Positions 50,316 to 61,024 of a DNA stretch of 64,000 nt are shown in pieces. Positions within the stretch are counted from its first letter, which is position 1, and each line of letters starts with the position of its first letter. Origin of the DNA: Fusobacteriota bacterium (GTDB taxonomy: Bacteria > Fusobacteriota > Fusobacteriia > Fusobacteriales > JBNJFI01); the NCBI GenBank assembly GCA_051746725.1, contig JBNJFI010000001.1, positions 23,359 through 87,358 of the forward strand, written 5' to 3'. The notes under the pieces were generated by a model. It did not search any database and was not told the DNA's origin. It worked only from the letters and a program-made list of their open reading frames with translations. Made by a program: the position numbers and the translations under genes.

Positions 50316-51179
50316 TTACCCCTTAATTATTTCTAAAAATGCTGAAGCATTTTTCATCTCTTTTATTAATCCTTGGACTACCTTTGCTAAATCCTTTTTT
50401 GCCAATTTCAATAGAGAAACTGCATTTTGATCTAAAGAAACTTTTCCATAATTTCCACTATGACCTATTTTTCTTATCTTAACTATAGCATCTGCAACAT
50501 GAACTATTGATGCCAATTTTTTATGCTCTGCATCCCCTGCAAACTCTGGTCTGTGGTGATATCCTATTACCTTGGTAATGTCATGGGGTAATTCCCATTT
50601 ATCAGCAACTCTTCTACCGATAAGTGAATGATCCATTCCAATATATTTTTTTTCTGTTTCTATTAAAGAGATTTTTTTCTCTCTAGATTCTATAACTGCT
50701 TTTATAAATTCTTCATGTATGTTTTGATCCTCTATAATTTTAGCTACATCATGAAGTAAGCCTGCTACAAACGCCTGCTCTTCGTTTTTAAATCCAACCA
50801 TTTTCGCTATTATTCTACTGGCAAATGCAACAGCTATAGAATGCTCCCATAAGTCTTCTCTGCTAAAATCTTCATCTCCTCCAGAAAACATTTTACAAAC
50901 AGTTACACTTAAAGCCAAACTTCTCACTGTATTAAACCCCAATATTACTACTGCATCAGTAACAGTTGCTATTGCTCTAGGAAAAGCATAATAAGCAGAA
51001 TTAACTAGCTTTAATACCTTAGTTGTTAAAGCTTGATCTGTTTTAATTACATCATTTATATCTTTAGCATTGGAATTTGGATTATCCACTAATTCCATTA
51101 GTTTTGTAACAACTGTGGGAAGCGTAGGTAAATCATCAATTTTTGCTATTACTTCTTTTACTTTTTTGGTATTATTCAT
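50316..51179 (-). CDS. Stand-alone HDOD domain protein
   Basis: LPTLPTVV, DQALT.KVLKLVNSAYY, AVVILG, LWEHS, AGLLHDVAK, DH..IG....KW.LP......YHH.P. Confidence 0.92.
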   Translation of the reverse strand: MNNTKKVKEVIAKIDDLPTLPTVVTKLMELVDNPNSNAKDINDVIKTDQALTTKVLKLVNSAYYAFPRAIATVTDAVVILGFNTVRSLALSVTVCKMFSGGDEDFSREDLWEHSIAVAFASRIIAKMVGFKNEEQAFVAGLLHDVAKIIEDQNIHEEFIKAVIESREKKISLIETEKKYIGMDHSLIGRRVADKWELPHDITKVIGYHHRPEFAGDAEHKKLASIVHVADAIVKIRKIGHSGNYGKVSLDQNAVSLLKLAKKDLAKVVQGLIKEMKNASAFLEIIKG

Positions 51180-51190
51180 ATCTAGCGCTC

Positions 51191-52054
51191 CTATCCTTTT
51201 ATTCCTATTGTCTCTAAAATTCTTTCTAGATCTTCTGGTGAATAATATTCTACTTCAATTTTTCCCGTATTTTTTTTCTTTGCTTTTATTTTTACTTTGG
51301 TTCCTAAATAATCTCTCATCTTATGCTCTAAATGTATTATTTCTTTTGCTTTTTTGTAACTTCCTCTTTGTTTCACTTTATTTTTTTTAGGTTCTTTTTG
51401 ATCTTTTACTATTTTTTCAACATCTCTTACTGTTAGGTTATTTTTTATAACTTCCTTTGCTAATTTAATTTGACTTTCCATATTTTCTAAAGATAATAAA
51501 GATCTTGCATGCCCAGAACTAATTTTATTTGCAGTTAACATATCCAATACTTCTTGAGGAAGTTTTAATATTCTCATTGCATTAGTAATTGAACTTCTGC
51601 TTTTCCCAACTTTTTGAGCTAATTCATTTTGGGTATAGTTATATTTTTCCTTTAAATCCTTATATGCTTTAGCTTCTTCAACAGAATTCAAATTCTCTCT
51701 TTGAATATTTTCTATTAAAGCCAGTTCTAAACTTTTAGAGTTCTCTACTTCTTTAATTATAATTTCAATTTTTTTTAGTCCTAACTTTTTTGCAGCTCTA
51801 TATCTTCTTTCGCCTGCAATGATTTCATAATTATCTTTAATTTTTCTTACTATTATTGGTTGTAAAATCCCATTTTCTTTTATGGATTTTGAAAGTTCAT
51901 CTATCTTTTTTGAATCAAATTCTTTTCTTGGCTGTTCAGCGTTTGGAACTATTTTAGAAATTTCACACCTTTTTATATGCGTTTCATCTGGATTTTCTTG
52001 TATCAATGCCCCAATTCCTTTTCCAAGTCTTGATTTTTTAGATCCCACTTTCAA
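51191..52054 (-). CDS. parB: ParB/Spo0J chromosome partitioning protein
   Basis: LGKGIGALI, PNAEQPRKEF, GILQPI, IIAGERRYRA, ENIQRENL, HTH with GKSRS, SGHAR. Confidence 0.95.
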   Translation of the reverse strand: MKVGSKKSRLGKGIGALIQENPDETHIKRCEISKIVPNAEQPRKEFDSKKIDELSKSIKENGILQPIIVRKIKDNYEIIAGERRYRAAKKLGLKKIEIIIKEVENSKSLELALIENIQRENLNSVEEAKAYKDLKEKYNYTQNELAQKVGKSRSSITNAMRILKLPQEVLDMLTANKISSGHARSLLSLENMESQIKLAKEVIKNNLTVRDVEKIVKDQKEPKKNKVKQRGSYKKAKEIIHLEHKMRDYLGTKVKIKAKKKNTGKIEVEYYSPEDLERILETIGIKG

Positions 52055-52799
52055 TCACTTCCTTTGCTAATTTTTCATATGCCTTAGATCCTCTAGAATT
52101 CTTATTATAAATATCGATTGGCTCTCCATAACTAGGTGCCTCGCTCAATTTTATATTTCTTGGAATCACAGTTTCATAAACTTTATCCTTAAAATAATCT
52201 CTTATATCATTACTCACTTCTTCTGATAAATTTAATCTTTTATCAAACATTGTTAGTAATATCCCAGCTATTTCTAAGTCTGAATTTAAATTATCTTTTA
52301 CAAGATTGATGGTATTTAATAATTGAGTTAATCCTTCTAATGCATAAAATTCACACTGTATTGGAATAATTAGATAATCAGATGCAGTTAAAGCATTTAA
52401 AGTAAGAAGTCCTAACGAAGGTGGACAATCTACTATTATTATATCATATTTCTCCTTAACTCTATCTAAATGCTTTTTTAACTGATGTTCCCTAGACATT
52501 TTTCCCACTAACTCTACCTCAGCACCTGCTAAATCAATGGTTGCAGGTAAAACATCTACCTCATTGTGATTTCCATTTATTATTATATCGTTAATATCCT
52601 TGCCATCCAATAATACATCATAAATTGACATATCCAAATCAGCTTTTGAAACTCCAATTCCAGTAGTAGCATTTCCCTGTGGATCTAAATCAACTAATAA
52701 TACTTTTTTTCCTAATCTAGAAATATAACTGGCTAGATTTACTGATGAAGTTGTTTTACCAACTCCCCCTTTTTGATTTACAATACTTATTACACTCAT
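52038..52799 (-). CDS. parA: ParA/Soj ATPase
   Basis: NQKGGVGKTT, DLDPQGNAT, DCPPSLG, QCEFYALEG, IPRNIKLSEAPS. Confidence 0.96.
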   Translation of the reverse strand: MSVISIVNQKGGVGKTTSSVNLASYISRLGKKVLLVDLDPQGNATTGIGVSKADLDMSIYDVLLDGKDINDIIINGNHNEVDVLPATIDLAGAEVELVGKMSREHQLKKHLDRVKEKYDIIIVDCPPSLGLLTLNALTASDYLIIPIQCEFYALEGLTQLLNTINLVKDNLNSDLEIAGILLTMFDKRLNLSEEVSNDIRDYFKDKVYETVIPRNIKLSEAPSYGEPIDIYNKNSRGSKAYEKLAKEVIESGI

Positions 52800-52811
52800 T
52801 TTCCACCTCTT

Positions 52812-53531
52812 TTATAATGGTCTCTTTTTTGGAATTCCAGTCCGTCTAGGATATTTTCCTTTAATTTTTCCCTCTTTTTTAATAACTAAAATAGCTCTGT
52901 CATCTCCTGAAAAAGGTAATTTAAAATCCTTTGTATTAATTATTTTGGAATTCAATATATTTAGACAATTTTGTGCCTCTTTTACCTCTTGTTTATAACT
53001 TATCTTCTGAGCTAAAAATACTCCTCCATCTTTTAAATATGGAAGTATATATTCTAAAATCACATTTAATTGAGAAACAGCTCTACAAACTCCCACATCA
53101 AAACTTTCTCTAACTTTCTCTTGCTTTATAAAATCCTCAGCTCGTCGTTTAAAAATTTTAACATTTGTAAGATTTAATTCCTTTGCTATACTTTTAACAA
53201 AATCAATTTTTTTTCCCACAGAATCTAATAATGTAAAGTCAAGGTCAGGTCTTGAAAGTGCAAGTACTAAACCTGGAAACCCAGGACCTGTTCCAATATC
53301 AATAATCTTTTTTGCATCCGATGGAATATCAGATAACAAAGATAAGGAGTCTATAAAATGTTTTTCTATTATCTCTTCATCATCAGTTATAGCGGTTAAA
53401 TTTGTTTTTTTATTTACTTCTTTTAATTTGTTTATATATATTAATATCTTATTTATTTTATCCTCATCTAGTTTTATTTCTAGTTTTTCTAATCCCTTTT
53501 TGAGTTTTTCTTTTTTTTGCTTTTCTGTCAT
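52812..53531 (-). CDS. rsmG: 16S rRNA m7G527 methyltransferase
   Basis: NLTAI, KHFIDSL, DIGTGPGFPG, DSVGKK, RAE, RAV, YPRR.G.P. Confidence 0.95.
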   Translation of the reverse strand: MTEKQKKEKLKKGLEKLEIKLDEDKINKILIYINKLKEVNKKTNLTAITDDEEIIEKHFIDSLSLLSDIPSDAKKIIDIGTGPGFPGLVLALSRPDLDFTLLDSVGKKIDFVKSIAKELNLTNVKIFKRRAEDFIKQEKVRESFDVGVCRAVSQLNVILEYILPYLKDGGVFLAQKISYKQEVKEAQNCLNILNSKIINTKDFKLPFSGDDRAILVIKKEGKIKGKYPRRTGIPKKRPL

Positions 53532-55408
53532 TATCTATTCCCTTCTACTAAATTCATTATAATTACAGATATATCTGCAGGTGAAACTCCAGATATTCTA
53601 GAAGCTTGTCCGATATTTAAAGGTTGTTTTTTTATCAACTTTTCTTTGGCCTCATTTGTTAATCCATGTGTTTTATTATAATCAAAATTTTGAGGAATCA
53701 ATTTATGTTCTAGTTTTTCTTGTTTTTGAACCATTTTCATCTGTTTTTTTATATATCCATGATATTTAACTTGGACTTCGATTTGATACTCTATATCTTC
53801 GTCAAATCTAGGAACTTCTTTTGAACTTTTTTTTATATCATTATAAGTAATCTTTGGTCTTTTTAATATATTTTTAATTGTACTTCCTGTCTTTAGTTTT
53901 GACTCGCCTTTTTTAGAAAGGATTTCTTGTAAAGTTTTATTATTTGGACCAACGTTTATCTCTTCTAATTTTTTTCTACCTTCTTTAACAGACTTTCTTT
54001 TGTTTTCAACTTTTTCATATACTGATTTATCTAATAACCCCAACTGGTATCCCAATGGAGATAATCTTAAATCGGCATTATCTTCTCTTAGTATTAATCT
54101 ATATTCTGATCGAGATGTAAATAATCTATAAGGTTCATTTGTTCCTTTTGTTATTAAATCATCAACTAAAGTTCCTAAATATGAATTTGTTCTTTCTAAA
54201 ATTATTGGGTCCTTTCCTAAAACTTTTTGACCTGCATTTATTCCTGCCAATAATCCCTGTCCAGCCGCTTCTTCATATCCAGAAGTTCCATTTATCTGTC
54301 CAGCCAAAAATAAACCATCTATCTTTTTAGTTTCTAAAGTATAATTTAGTTCATCAGGAACTATATAATCATATTCAATTGCATATCCATATCTCATAAT
54401 TTTAGCTTCTTCTAACCCAGGAATACTATTTAATATCTCATATTGTATATCTGTAGGTAAGCTTGTTGACATTCCATTTACATATACTTCAGATGTATTT
54501 GGTCCTTCTGGTTCTAAGAATACATGATGTCTTGGTTTGTCTTTATACCTAACTACTTTATCTTCTATCGATGGACAATATCTAGGACCTGTTGTTTCTA
54601 TATCTCCATTAAATAAAGGCGCTCTATCTAAATTATTTAAAATCGTCTCATGTACTGCCTTATTTGTATGTACCAAATAGCAACTTATTTGTTTTTTATC
54701 TTTAATTTCTCTATCATCGGTTCTCTTTGAAAATTTTAAGATTTTATCTGTATCTCCTGGTTGCTCTTTCATATTAGAAAAATCAATTGTTTTTTTATCA
54801 ATTCGCGCTGGAGTTCCTGTTTTAAATCTTTTAATTTCTAAGCCTAAATTTTTCAAAGATTTTGGGAGTTCTTTTGAAGATATTTCTCCCATCCTTCCTC
54901 CCTCTTGTCTTTTGTCTCCAATAAAAATTTTTCCATTCATAAAGGTCCCAGTTGCAACTATAACAGTTTTTGATAAATACTCTACACCTAATTTAGTTTT
55001 AATCCCCTTTATCTTTTTATTGTTATCCACTAGTACATCTGTAACTAATCCTTGGATAACCTCTAAATTATCAGTTCTCTCTAAGGTTTTTTTCATCTCC
55101 ATGTGATAAATTTTTTTATCTGCCTGAGCTCTCAATGCTCTTACCGCTGGTCCTTTTTTGGTATTCAACGTTCTAATCTGAATAAAAGATTTATCCATAT
55201 TTCGTGCCATCTCTCCACCTAATGCATCTATCTCTTTAACTAAATGACCTTTAGCAGGTCCTCCGATTGAAGGATTGCACGACATAACTCCTATATTATC
55301 TAAAGTTATTGTGAAAATAGCTGTTTTCAAACCACGTCTAGCAGAGGCAAGTGCCGCCTCACATCCAGCATGTCCAGCTCCAATAACAATAACATCATAT
55401 TCTAACAC
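53531..55408 (-). CDS. mnmG: tRNA uridine-5-carboxymethylaminomethyl(34) synthesis enzyme
   Basis: [60 protein letters not shown]. Confidence 0.98.
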   Translation of the reverse strand: MLEYDVIVIGAGHAGCEAALASARRGLKTAIFTITLDNIGVMSCNPSIGGPAKGHLVKEIDALGGEMARNMDKSFIQIRTLNTKKGPAVRALRAQADKKIYHMEMKKTLERTDNLEVIQGLVTDVLVDNNKKIKGIKTKLGVEYLSKTVIVATGTFMNGKIFIGDKRQEGGRMGEISSKELPKSLKNLGLEIKRFKTGTPARIDKKTIDFSNMKEQPGDTDKILKFSKRTDDREIKDKKQISCYLVHTNKAVHETILNNLDRAPLFNGDIETTGPRYCPSIEDKVVRYKDKPRHHVFLEPEGPNTSEVYVNGMSTSLPTDIQYEILNSIPGLEEAKIMRYGYAIEYDYIVPDELNYTLETKKIDGLFLAGQINGTSGYEEAAGQGLLAGINAGQKVLGKDPIILERTNSYLGTLVDDLITKGTNEPYRLFTSRSEYRLILREDNADLRLSPLGYQLGLLDKSVYEKVENKRKSVKEGRKKLEEINVGPNNKTLQEILSKKGESKLKTGSTIKNILKRPKITYNDIKKSSKEVPRFDEDIEYQIEVQVKYHGYIKKQMKMVQKQEKLEHKLIPQNFDYNKTHGLTNEAKEKLIKKQPLNIGQASRISGVSPADISVIIMNLVEGNR

Positions 55409-55418
55409 TTCTTCCTCC

Positions 55419-56078
55419 TTATTCTAAATTTTCTAATTTTCTAGCTCCTTCTGTATTAGAGATTGCTATCAAAGTATCTCCTTTTTTGATAACCTTGTCT
55501 CCCATTGGAGTTATTGTCATATCTCCATTTTCATTTTTAATTGCTATAATATTAAGGTCATATTTTTTTCTTAAATCTAATTCGATTAAGGATTTATTCA
55601 TAAATATATCTGGAGCTTTTTTTTCTATAACTTTATATTCGTCTGATAATTGCATATGTTCCACCATATTAGGGTTTATCTCTTTTATTGCCGTTCTTTC
55701 TCCCATATACATTTCAGGGTAAATTATTTCATTTGCTCCAATTTTATCTAAAACTCGTCCATGTTGTTTAGTTAAAGCTTTTGCGATTATTCTAGGTATT
55801 CCTAACTCCTTCAAAGTAAGAGTTACTAAAATACTATTTTGTATCCCTGTCCCAATACATACAAATGCAACATCAAAATTATTTACCCCTAGGTTCTTTA
55901 ATTCTTCAATGTCGGTTGCATCTACTGCTATTCCATTATCAATTATATCATTATTTATGGCTTCTTGTAATATATCTTCATCCATATCAAGCCCTAAAAC
56001 TTGTTCTCCATGTTTATATAGAGTTTTAGCTAGACTTGTTCCAAATCTCCCCAACCCTACAACTAAAAATTGTTTCAT
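55419..56078 (-). CDS. ktrA: Ktr/Trk K+ uptake NAD-binding (RCK) subunit
   Basis: VGLGRFG, RIIAKA, KIGA..I.PE, C-terminal TrkA_C domain. Confidence 0.9.
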   Translation of the reverse strand: MKQFLVVGLGRFGTSLAKTLYKHGEQVLGLDMDEDILQEAINNDIIDNGIAVDATDIEELKNLGVNNFDVAFVCIGTGIQNSILVTLTLKELGIPRIIAKALTKQHGRVLDKIGANEIIYPEMYMGERTAIKEINPNMVEHMQLSDEYKVIEKKAPDIFMNKSLIELDLRKKYDLNIIAIKNENGDMTITPMGDKVIKKGDTLIAISNTEGARKLENLE

Positions 56079-56090
56079 TAATTCCTCCTC

Positions 56091-57446
56091 TTATCCAACT
56101 AATATATTTTCTTCTGGATATCGATGTTTAGATGTTTTAAAATCTTCTCCAAATGCTAAAGCTGCTGTTAATGGTCCTACTCTTCCTACAAGCATGGTTA
56201 TAATTATCAAAACCCGAGAAAAATCTGATAATGAAGATGTAATCCCCATCGACAATCCCACTGTTCCAAATGCAGAAACTACTTCAAATAACACTTGTAC
56301 AAATTCCCTTCCTTCTACAATTAATATTGACAAAGTTATTAAAAATATGAACAATAAAGAAATAAATAAAATCGCAATAGCTCTATTTAATATATGCCAC
56401 GAAACTCTTCTATTTCCAACATTTATATCTTTTTTATTTTTCAAAGTTGATAATACACTATAAAATATTACACCAAAAGTTGTGGTTTTTATTCCACCAC
56501 CTGTCGATCCAGGCGAAGCACCTACAAACATTAAAAATAAAAACATAAAAATAGTAGAGGGAGTCATCATGCCCATGGAAATAGTATTAAACCCTGCTGT
56601 TCTTGTAGTTACACTTTGAAAATAAGATGCTAAAAGTTTATCAGATAAACTAAAATTACCTATCGTATTTAAATTGGAATATTCTGTAAAAAATATAAAT
56701 AATGTACCTATTAAAAGTAACCAGGCACTTATTTTTAAAGCAACTTTAGAAGTAAGGGAGAAATTTGAAATCCCTGTTTTCAAATAATAAATACTACTAT
56801 TTATTACCGCAAATCCAATTCCACCTAAAATAATTAAAGATGAAATAACTAAATTTACTGTTATGTCTCCTGAATATATCTCAAAACTATTAGTAAACAA
56901 AGAAAAACCAGCATTACAAAATGCAGATATCGAATGAAATATAGCATAATAAATTGCTGTTCCTGTTTCAAAGTCATGCCTAAAGGTAGAAAATAAAAGT
57001 AAAGCTCCTACTCCCTCAATAGTTATAACAATTACTGCTAGTCTTTCCATAAAATGGAGAATCCCACCGACTTTTTCCTGGTTAAGATCTTCTTGTAAAA
57101 TTCGTTTTTCTTGATAGGTAATTTTCTTTCCTATGAGATACATAATAAGTGAGGAAAAAGTCATTATTCCTAATCCTCCTAATTGAAATACTATCATTAT
57201 AACTGTTTTTCCAAAAATAGAAAAAGTTTTACTAACATCAACTACAGACAATCCCGTTACTGAAACTGCAGAAGTAATTGTAAAAAGAGATGTTAAAAAA
57301 TCAATTCCTCCTTTTCCCTTTGGAGTAGCAATTGGTAACATCAAAACTATAGATGCCACTGCTATAATAATCAGAAAAGATGAAACTAATATCTGAGAAG
57401 GAGTCAATTTAACCCTTTTTTCTTTTGATTTTTTTAATATTTTCAT
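56091..57446 (-). CDS. ktrB: Ktr/TrkH K+ uptake membrane subunit
   Basis: SAVSVTGL, SAFCNAGF, RTAGF, SPGSTGGGIK, SAFGTVGLS pore loops. Confidence 0.93.
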   Translation of the reverse strand: MKILKKSKEKRVKLTPSQILVSSFLIIIAVASIVLMLPIATPKGKGGIDFLTSLFTITSAVSVTGLSVVDVSKTFSIFGKTVIMIVFQLGGLGIMTFSSLIMYLIGKKITYQEKRILQEDLNQEKVGGILHFMERLAVIVITIEGVGALLLFSTFRHDFETGTAIYYAIFHSISAFCNAGFSLFTNSFEIYSGDITVNLVISSLIILGGIGFAVINSSIYYLKTGISNFSLTSKVALKISAWLLLIGTLFIFFTEYSNLNTIGNFSLSDKLLASYFQSVTTRTAGFNTISMGMMTPSTIFMFLFLMFVGASPGSTGGGIKTTTFGVIFYSVLSTLKNKKDINVGNRRVSWHILNRAIAILFISLLFIFLITLSILIVEGREFVQVLFEVVSAFGTVGLSMGITSSLSDFSRVLIIITMLVGRVGPLTAALAFGEDFKTSKHRYPEENILVG

Positions 57447-57481
57447 ATTTCCTCCAACTGAACTTTAAAATTTAAAACTTT

Positions 57482-59557
57482 TTAGTTTATTTTGCTTATT
57501 ATTGCTATCTTATTAAATATATTATCTAATCCCTTAAGCAATGATAACCTGTTATTTCTTATTTCTTCATCTTCAGCCATTACCATTACATTATCAAAGT
57601 ATTCGTTTATAGTTTTTTCACCTTTTAGTATTTCATCAAAAAAGTTAATATAATTTTTATTTTTCAAATTTTTTCTTGAACTTGCTACCAAATCTATATA
57701 ATAATTATATAATCCTTTCTCGTTATCTTTCAATAAAGTTTCGTCAATATTTATATCATCTTTTTTGTATTTTTGAGCTATATTTTCCACTCTTTTTATA
57801 AGTTGCAATAAGTTATCAAAATTCTTATTTTCAGAAGTTTTTATCAAAGCTTCAATCTTCTTTTCAGTTTCGACTATATTAGTAAAATCAGCTTCAATTA
57901 CTGCTCTAGTTATATCTTTTTTGTAACCTTTATTTTGATTATGTTTTTTTATTCTGTCTTTGAAGAAATCCATTAATTGTTTTTTTATGTTCTCTTTTTT
58001 TCCTATTAAAAGCGAATCCTTTTCCAATACATTTAATGAAGAATCAATTATATCTTCAATTGATATATCTAATTTTGAATTTGATATAACCTTTACAACT
58101 CCTATTGCTGCTCTTCTCAAGGCATATGGATCTTCTGACCCAGTGGGTATTATTCCAACTCCAAAACAACTTACAATGGTGTCTATTTTATCTGCTATCG
58201 AAGACACAATGCCTTCTAATAATTCAGGTAAAATATCTCCCCGATTTCTAGGTAAATAATGTTCAAATATACCTACTGCTACTTCTTCTTTTTCACCTGC
58301 TGCCAAAGCATATTTCATTCCCATAAATCCTTGTAGTTTTGCATACTCTTTTTCATTTATAATATTTGTTACTAAATCTGCCTTTGATAATTCTATTGTT
58401 CTTAATATATTTTTTCTTTTATCATTATTTATATCTAATAATTTACAGATTGATTTAGCTACTTCTTTATCACGTTGAACTTTATCATAGATATTTCCAA
58501 TATCTTTTTGAAATATAACATTTTTTAATTTTTTCGTTAATTCATCTAAATCTTTTTTCAAATCTTCCTGATAGAAAAATCTAGCATCCGCTAATCTAGC
58601 AGTTAGAACTTTTTCGTTCCCCACTCTAACTTTTTCAGATGATTCAGTTCCATTTCGCACCATTATAAACTTAGGTTGTAAATTTCCTTCTAAATCCAAA
58701 ACTGGAAAATATTTTTGATGTTTTTTCATTGTTGTAATCAAAACTTCCTGTGGAACTTCTAAAAATTCAACATTAAATGTTCCTACCATGGGATATGGGT
58801 ATTCTACTAAATTTGCAACTTCTTCTAAAAGGTCGTCATCTATTAAAACTTTTTCACCAACCTTTGAACATCGTCCTTCAATTGCATCTACTATTCGAGT
58901 TTTTCTTTCCTCTATATCTATTATTACATTATTTTCTTTTACTTTCCTAAAATAATCTCTTTTACTTTCAACTTCAAATGATCTATTCCCAAAAAATCTG
59001 TGTCCATAACTTATAAGTTCGCTATCAATTCCTGCAATATTAATTTCCAATAACTCATTATCAGCCATTGCCAATATCCACCTTATTGGTCGGACAAATT
59101 TCACTTTTTTGTCTCCCCATTTCATAGTTTTGGCAAAATCTAGGTTAAGAATTAAACCTTTTAATATTTCAGGTATTATTTCTCTTGTACTTTTCCCTTT
59201 AGTAAATGTAGAAGCTGCAATATACTCACCTTTTTTGGTTTCAACTATTTCTAAATCAATTATCTCAACTCCCTGAGATTTAGCAAAACCAATGGCAGCC
59301 TTTGTGGGTTCTCCACTATCATCATATGCTATATCTTTTGAAGGTCCAGTATTTGTTTCTCTTAAATCTTCTTGTTTCTCGCTAATTGCATTAAGTTCTA
59401 GTATCAGCCTTCTAGGAGTTCCATATGTATTAATTTCTTCTATCCCTATTCGTTTTTCTTCTAATTTATTTTTTATTCCTTTTTTTATCTGTTCTAATGC
59501 AGGTATTAAAAATCTAGCTGGAATTTCTTCTACTCCTACTTCTAATAAAATATCCAA
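57482..59557 (-). CDS. glyS: Glycine--tRNA ligase beta subunit
   Basis: LEVGVEEIP, TPRRL, FVRPIRW, HQKYF, ARLADARFF, LQG.MG, TGSEDPYALRR, NRL.LL. Confidence 0.96.
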   Translation of the reverse strand: MDILLEVGVEEIPARFLIPALEQIKKGIKNKLEEKRIGIEEINTYGTPRRLILELNAISEKQEDLRETNTGPSKDIAYDDSGEPTKAAIGFAKSQGVEIIDLEIVETKKGEYIAASTFTKGKSTREIIPEILKGLILNLDFAKTMKWGDKKVKFVRPIRWILAMADNELLEINIAGIDSELISYGHRFFGNRSFEVESKRDYFRKVKENNVIIDIEERKTRIVDAIEGRCSKVGEKVLIDDDLLEEVANLVEYPYPMVGTFNVEFLEVPQEVLITTMKKHQKYFPVLDLEGNLQPKFIMVRNGTESSEKVRVGNEKVLTARLADARFFYQEDLKKDLDELTKKLKNVIFQKDIGNIYDKVQRDKEVAKSICKLLDINNDKRKNILRTIELSKADLVTNIINEKEYAKLQGFMGMKYALAAGEKEEVAVGIFEHYLPRNRGDILPELLEGIVSSIADKIDTIVSCFGVGIIPTGSEDPYALRRAAIGVVKVISNSKLDISIEDIIDSSLNVLEKDSLLIGKKENIKKQLMDFFKDRIKKHNQNKGYKKDITRAVIEADFTNIVETEKKIEALIKTSENKNFDNLLQLIKRVENIAQKYKKDDINIDETLLKDNEKGLYNYYIDLVASSRKNLKNKNYINFFDEILKGEKTINEYFDNVMVMAEDEEIRNNRLSLLKGLDNIFNKIAIISKIN

Positions 59558-59577
59558 TTTATTCTCCCCTTTCTATC

Positions 59578-60447
59578 CTATTTAGCCATCAAAGGATATC
59601 CTAATTTTTTTCTCTCTTTTACAAATATTTCCGCACATCCCTTTGCTAAATCTCGAACTCTTAAAATATAAGCCATTCTTTCTGTTGTACTTATGGCTCC
59701 TCTAGAATCTAAAATATTAAAAACATGTGAACATTTTAAAACATTATCATATGCTGGCAACACAAGTTCCTTTTTTAAAGCCAAATTTGCTTCAGATTCA
59801 TACATATCAAAGAGCTTAAAGTGCCTATCTAGATCTGCAACTTCAAAACTATATTCAGAAAATTCTTTCTCCATTTGAAGACGCATATCTCCATATTTAA
59901 CTCCGTTAGTCCACTCTAAATCATAAACATTATCTTTTTCTTGTATATATAATGCTATTCTTTCTAATCCATATGTTAATTCTACTGGAGTAATTTCTAA
60001 ATCAAGTCCTCCAACTTGTTGAAAATAAGTAAATTGAGTAATTTCCATTCCATCAAGCCACACTTCCCAACCAAGACCCCAAGCTCCAAGAGTTGGAGAT
60101 TCCCAATTGTCCTCTACAAATCGAATATCATGTTCCTTTGGATCAATCCCAAGTGCTTCCAAACTTTCTAAATATATCTCTTGTATATTTTCTGGAGATG
60201 GCTTCATAATAACTTGAAATTGATGATGTTGATAAACTCTATTTGGATTTTCTCCATATCTTCCATCTTTAGGTCTTCTAGACGGTTCTACATAAGCAAC
60301 ATTCCAGGGTTCTGGACCAAGAGACATCAAAAAAGTGTTTGGATTAAAAGTCCCTGCCCCAGTTTCTATATCATAAGGATTTCCTATAACGCAATTTTTT
60401 TTATGCCAGAATTCTTGCAATTTTAATATCATATCTTGAAATGTCAT
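59578..60447 (-). CDS. glyQ: Glycine--tRNA ligase alpha subunit
   Basis: [48 protein letters not shown]. Start moved to ATG 60447 (ATGA overlap with the lspA stop, GGAGG RBS). Confidence 0.97.
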   Translation of the reverse strand: MTFQDMILKLQEFWHKKNCVIGNPYDIETGAGTFNPNTFLMSLGPEPWNVAYVEPSRRPKDGRYGENPNRVYQHHQFQVIMKPSPENIQEIYLESLEALGIDPKEHDIRFVEDNWESPTLGAWGLGWEVWLDGMEITQFTYFQQVGGLDLEITPVELTYGLERIALYIQEKDNVYDLEWTNGVKYGDMRLQMEKEFSEYSFEVADLDRHFKLFDMYESEANLALKKELVLPAYDNVLKCSHVFNILDSRGAISTTERMAYILRVRDLAKGCAEIFVKERKKLGYPLMAK

Positions 60448-60929
60448 ATTTTCTGTTCCTCCTCTATTGATTCTTTCTTTTTCCATATCTCTACTTCGAT
60501 AAAATACTCTATTAATATTAATATAACTCCTATATTTATTGCAACATCTGCTATATTGAATATATAAGGCCAAATCCCTCTAAAATCTATAAAATCAACT
60601 ACATATCCTCGAATAATTCTATCTCCTAAATTTCCTATTGCCCCACCTAATATAAACATAAATCCTATTTTTGAATATAAAGAATGCTCTTCATCTTGCT
60701 TATGAATATATAAGATTATTCCAATTATAGATATAACAGCAATGAAGGCGAATATGGTTACATGCCCATAAAAAAAACCAAAAGCAACTCCTTTATTTTC
60801 AACATAAGTCAAATGAAAAAAATCTTCTATTATTGGGATAGTCTCACCTACAGAAAACTTTTTTACAATGAGATACTTTGAAATTTGATCCAGTATAACT
60901 ACTACTAAAGTTATTAAATAATAGACCAT
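60444..60929 (-). CDS. lspA: Lipoprotein signal peptidase II
   Basis: [33 protein letters not shown]. Confidence 0.96.
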   Translation of the reverse strand: MVYYLITLVVVILDQISKYLIVKKFSVGETIPIIEDFFHLTYVENKGVAFGFFYGHVTIFAFIAVISIIGIILYIHKQDEEHSLYSKIGFMFILGGAIGNLGDRIIRGYVVDFIDFRGIWPYIFNIADVAINIGVILILIEYFIEVEIWKKKESIEEEQKI

Positions 60930-60975
60930 TATTTAACCTCTTTTCTTTGAATTTTTTTAATTTTCCCTAAAACTG

Positions 60976-61010
60976 AATAATAAGTAAGAGGAGACCTCTT
61001 ACTTATTATT
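60976..61010. terminator. Perfect 16-bp inverted repeat between ileS and lspA (terminator or processing hairpin)
   Basis: AATAATAAGTAAGAGG-aga-CCTCTTACTTATTATT. Confidence 0.65.
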
Positions 61011-61024
61011 TAAATTTTTTATAT

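Noticed and set aside
60448-60573. N-terminal extension of glyQ in the ORF track (also the extensions of moxR 19616-19678, galU and the YjbH-like gene)
   Set aside because: For glyQ, moxR and the YjbH-like gene the extensions overlap upstream genes. Downstream starts have better RBSs and/or match family N-termini or a signal peptide.
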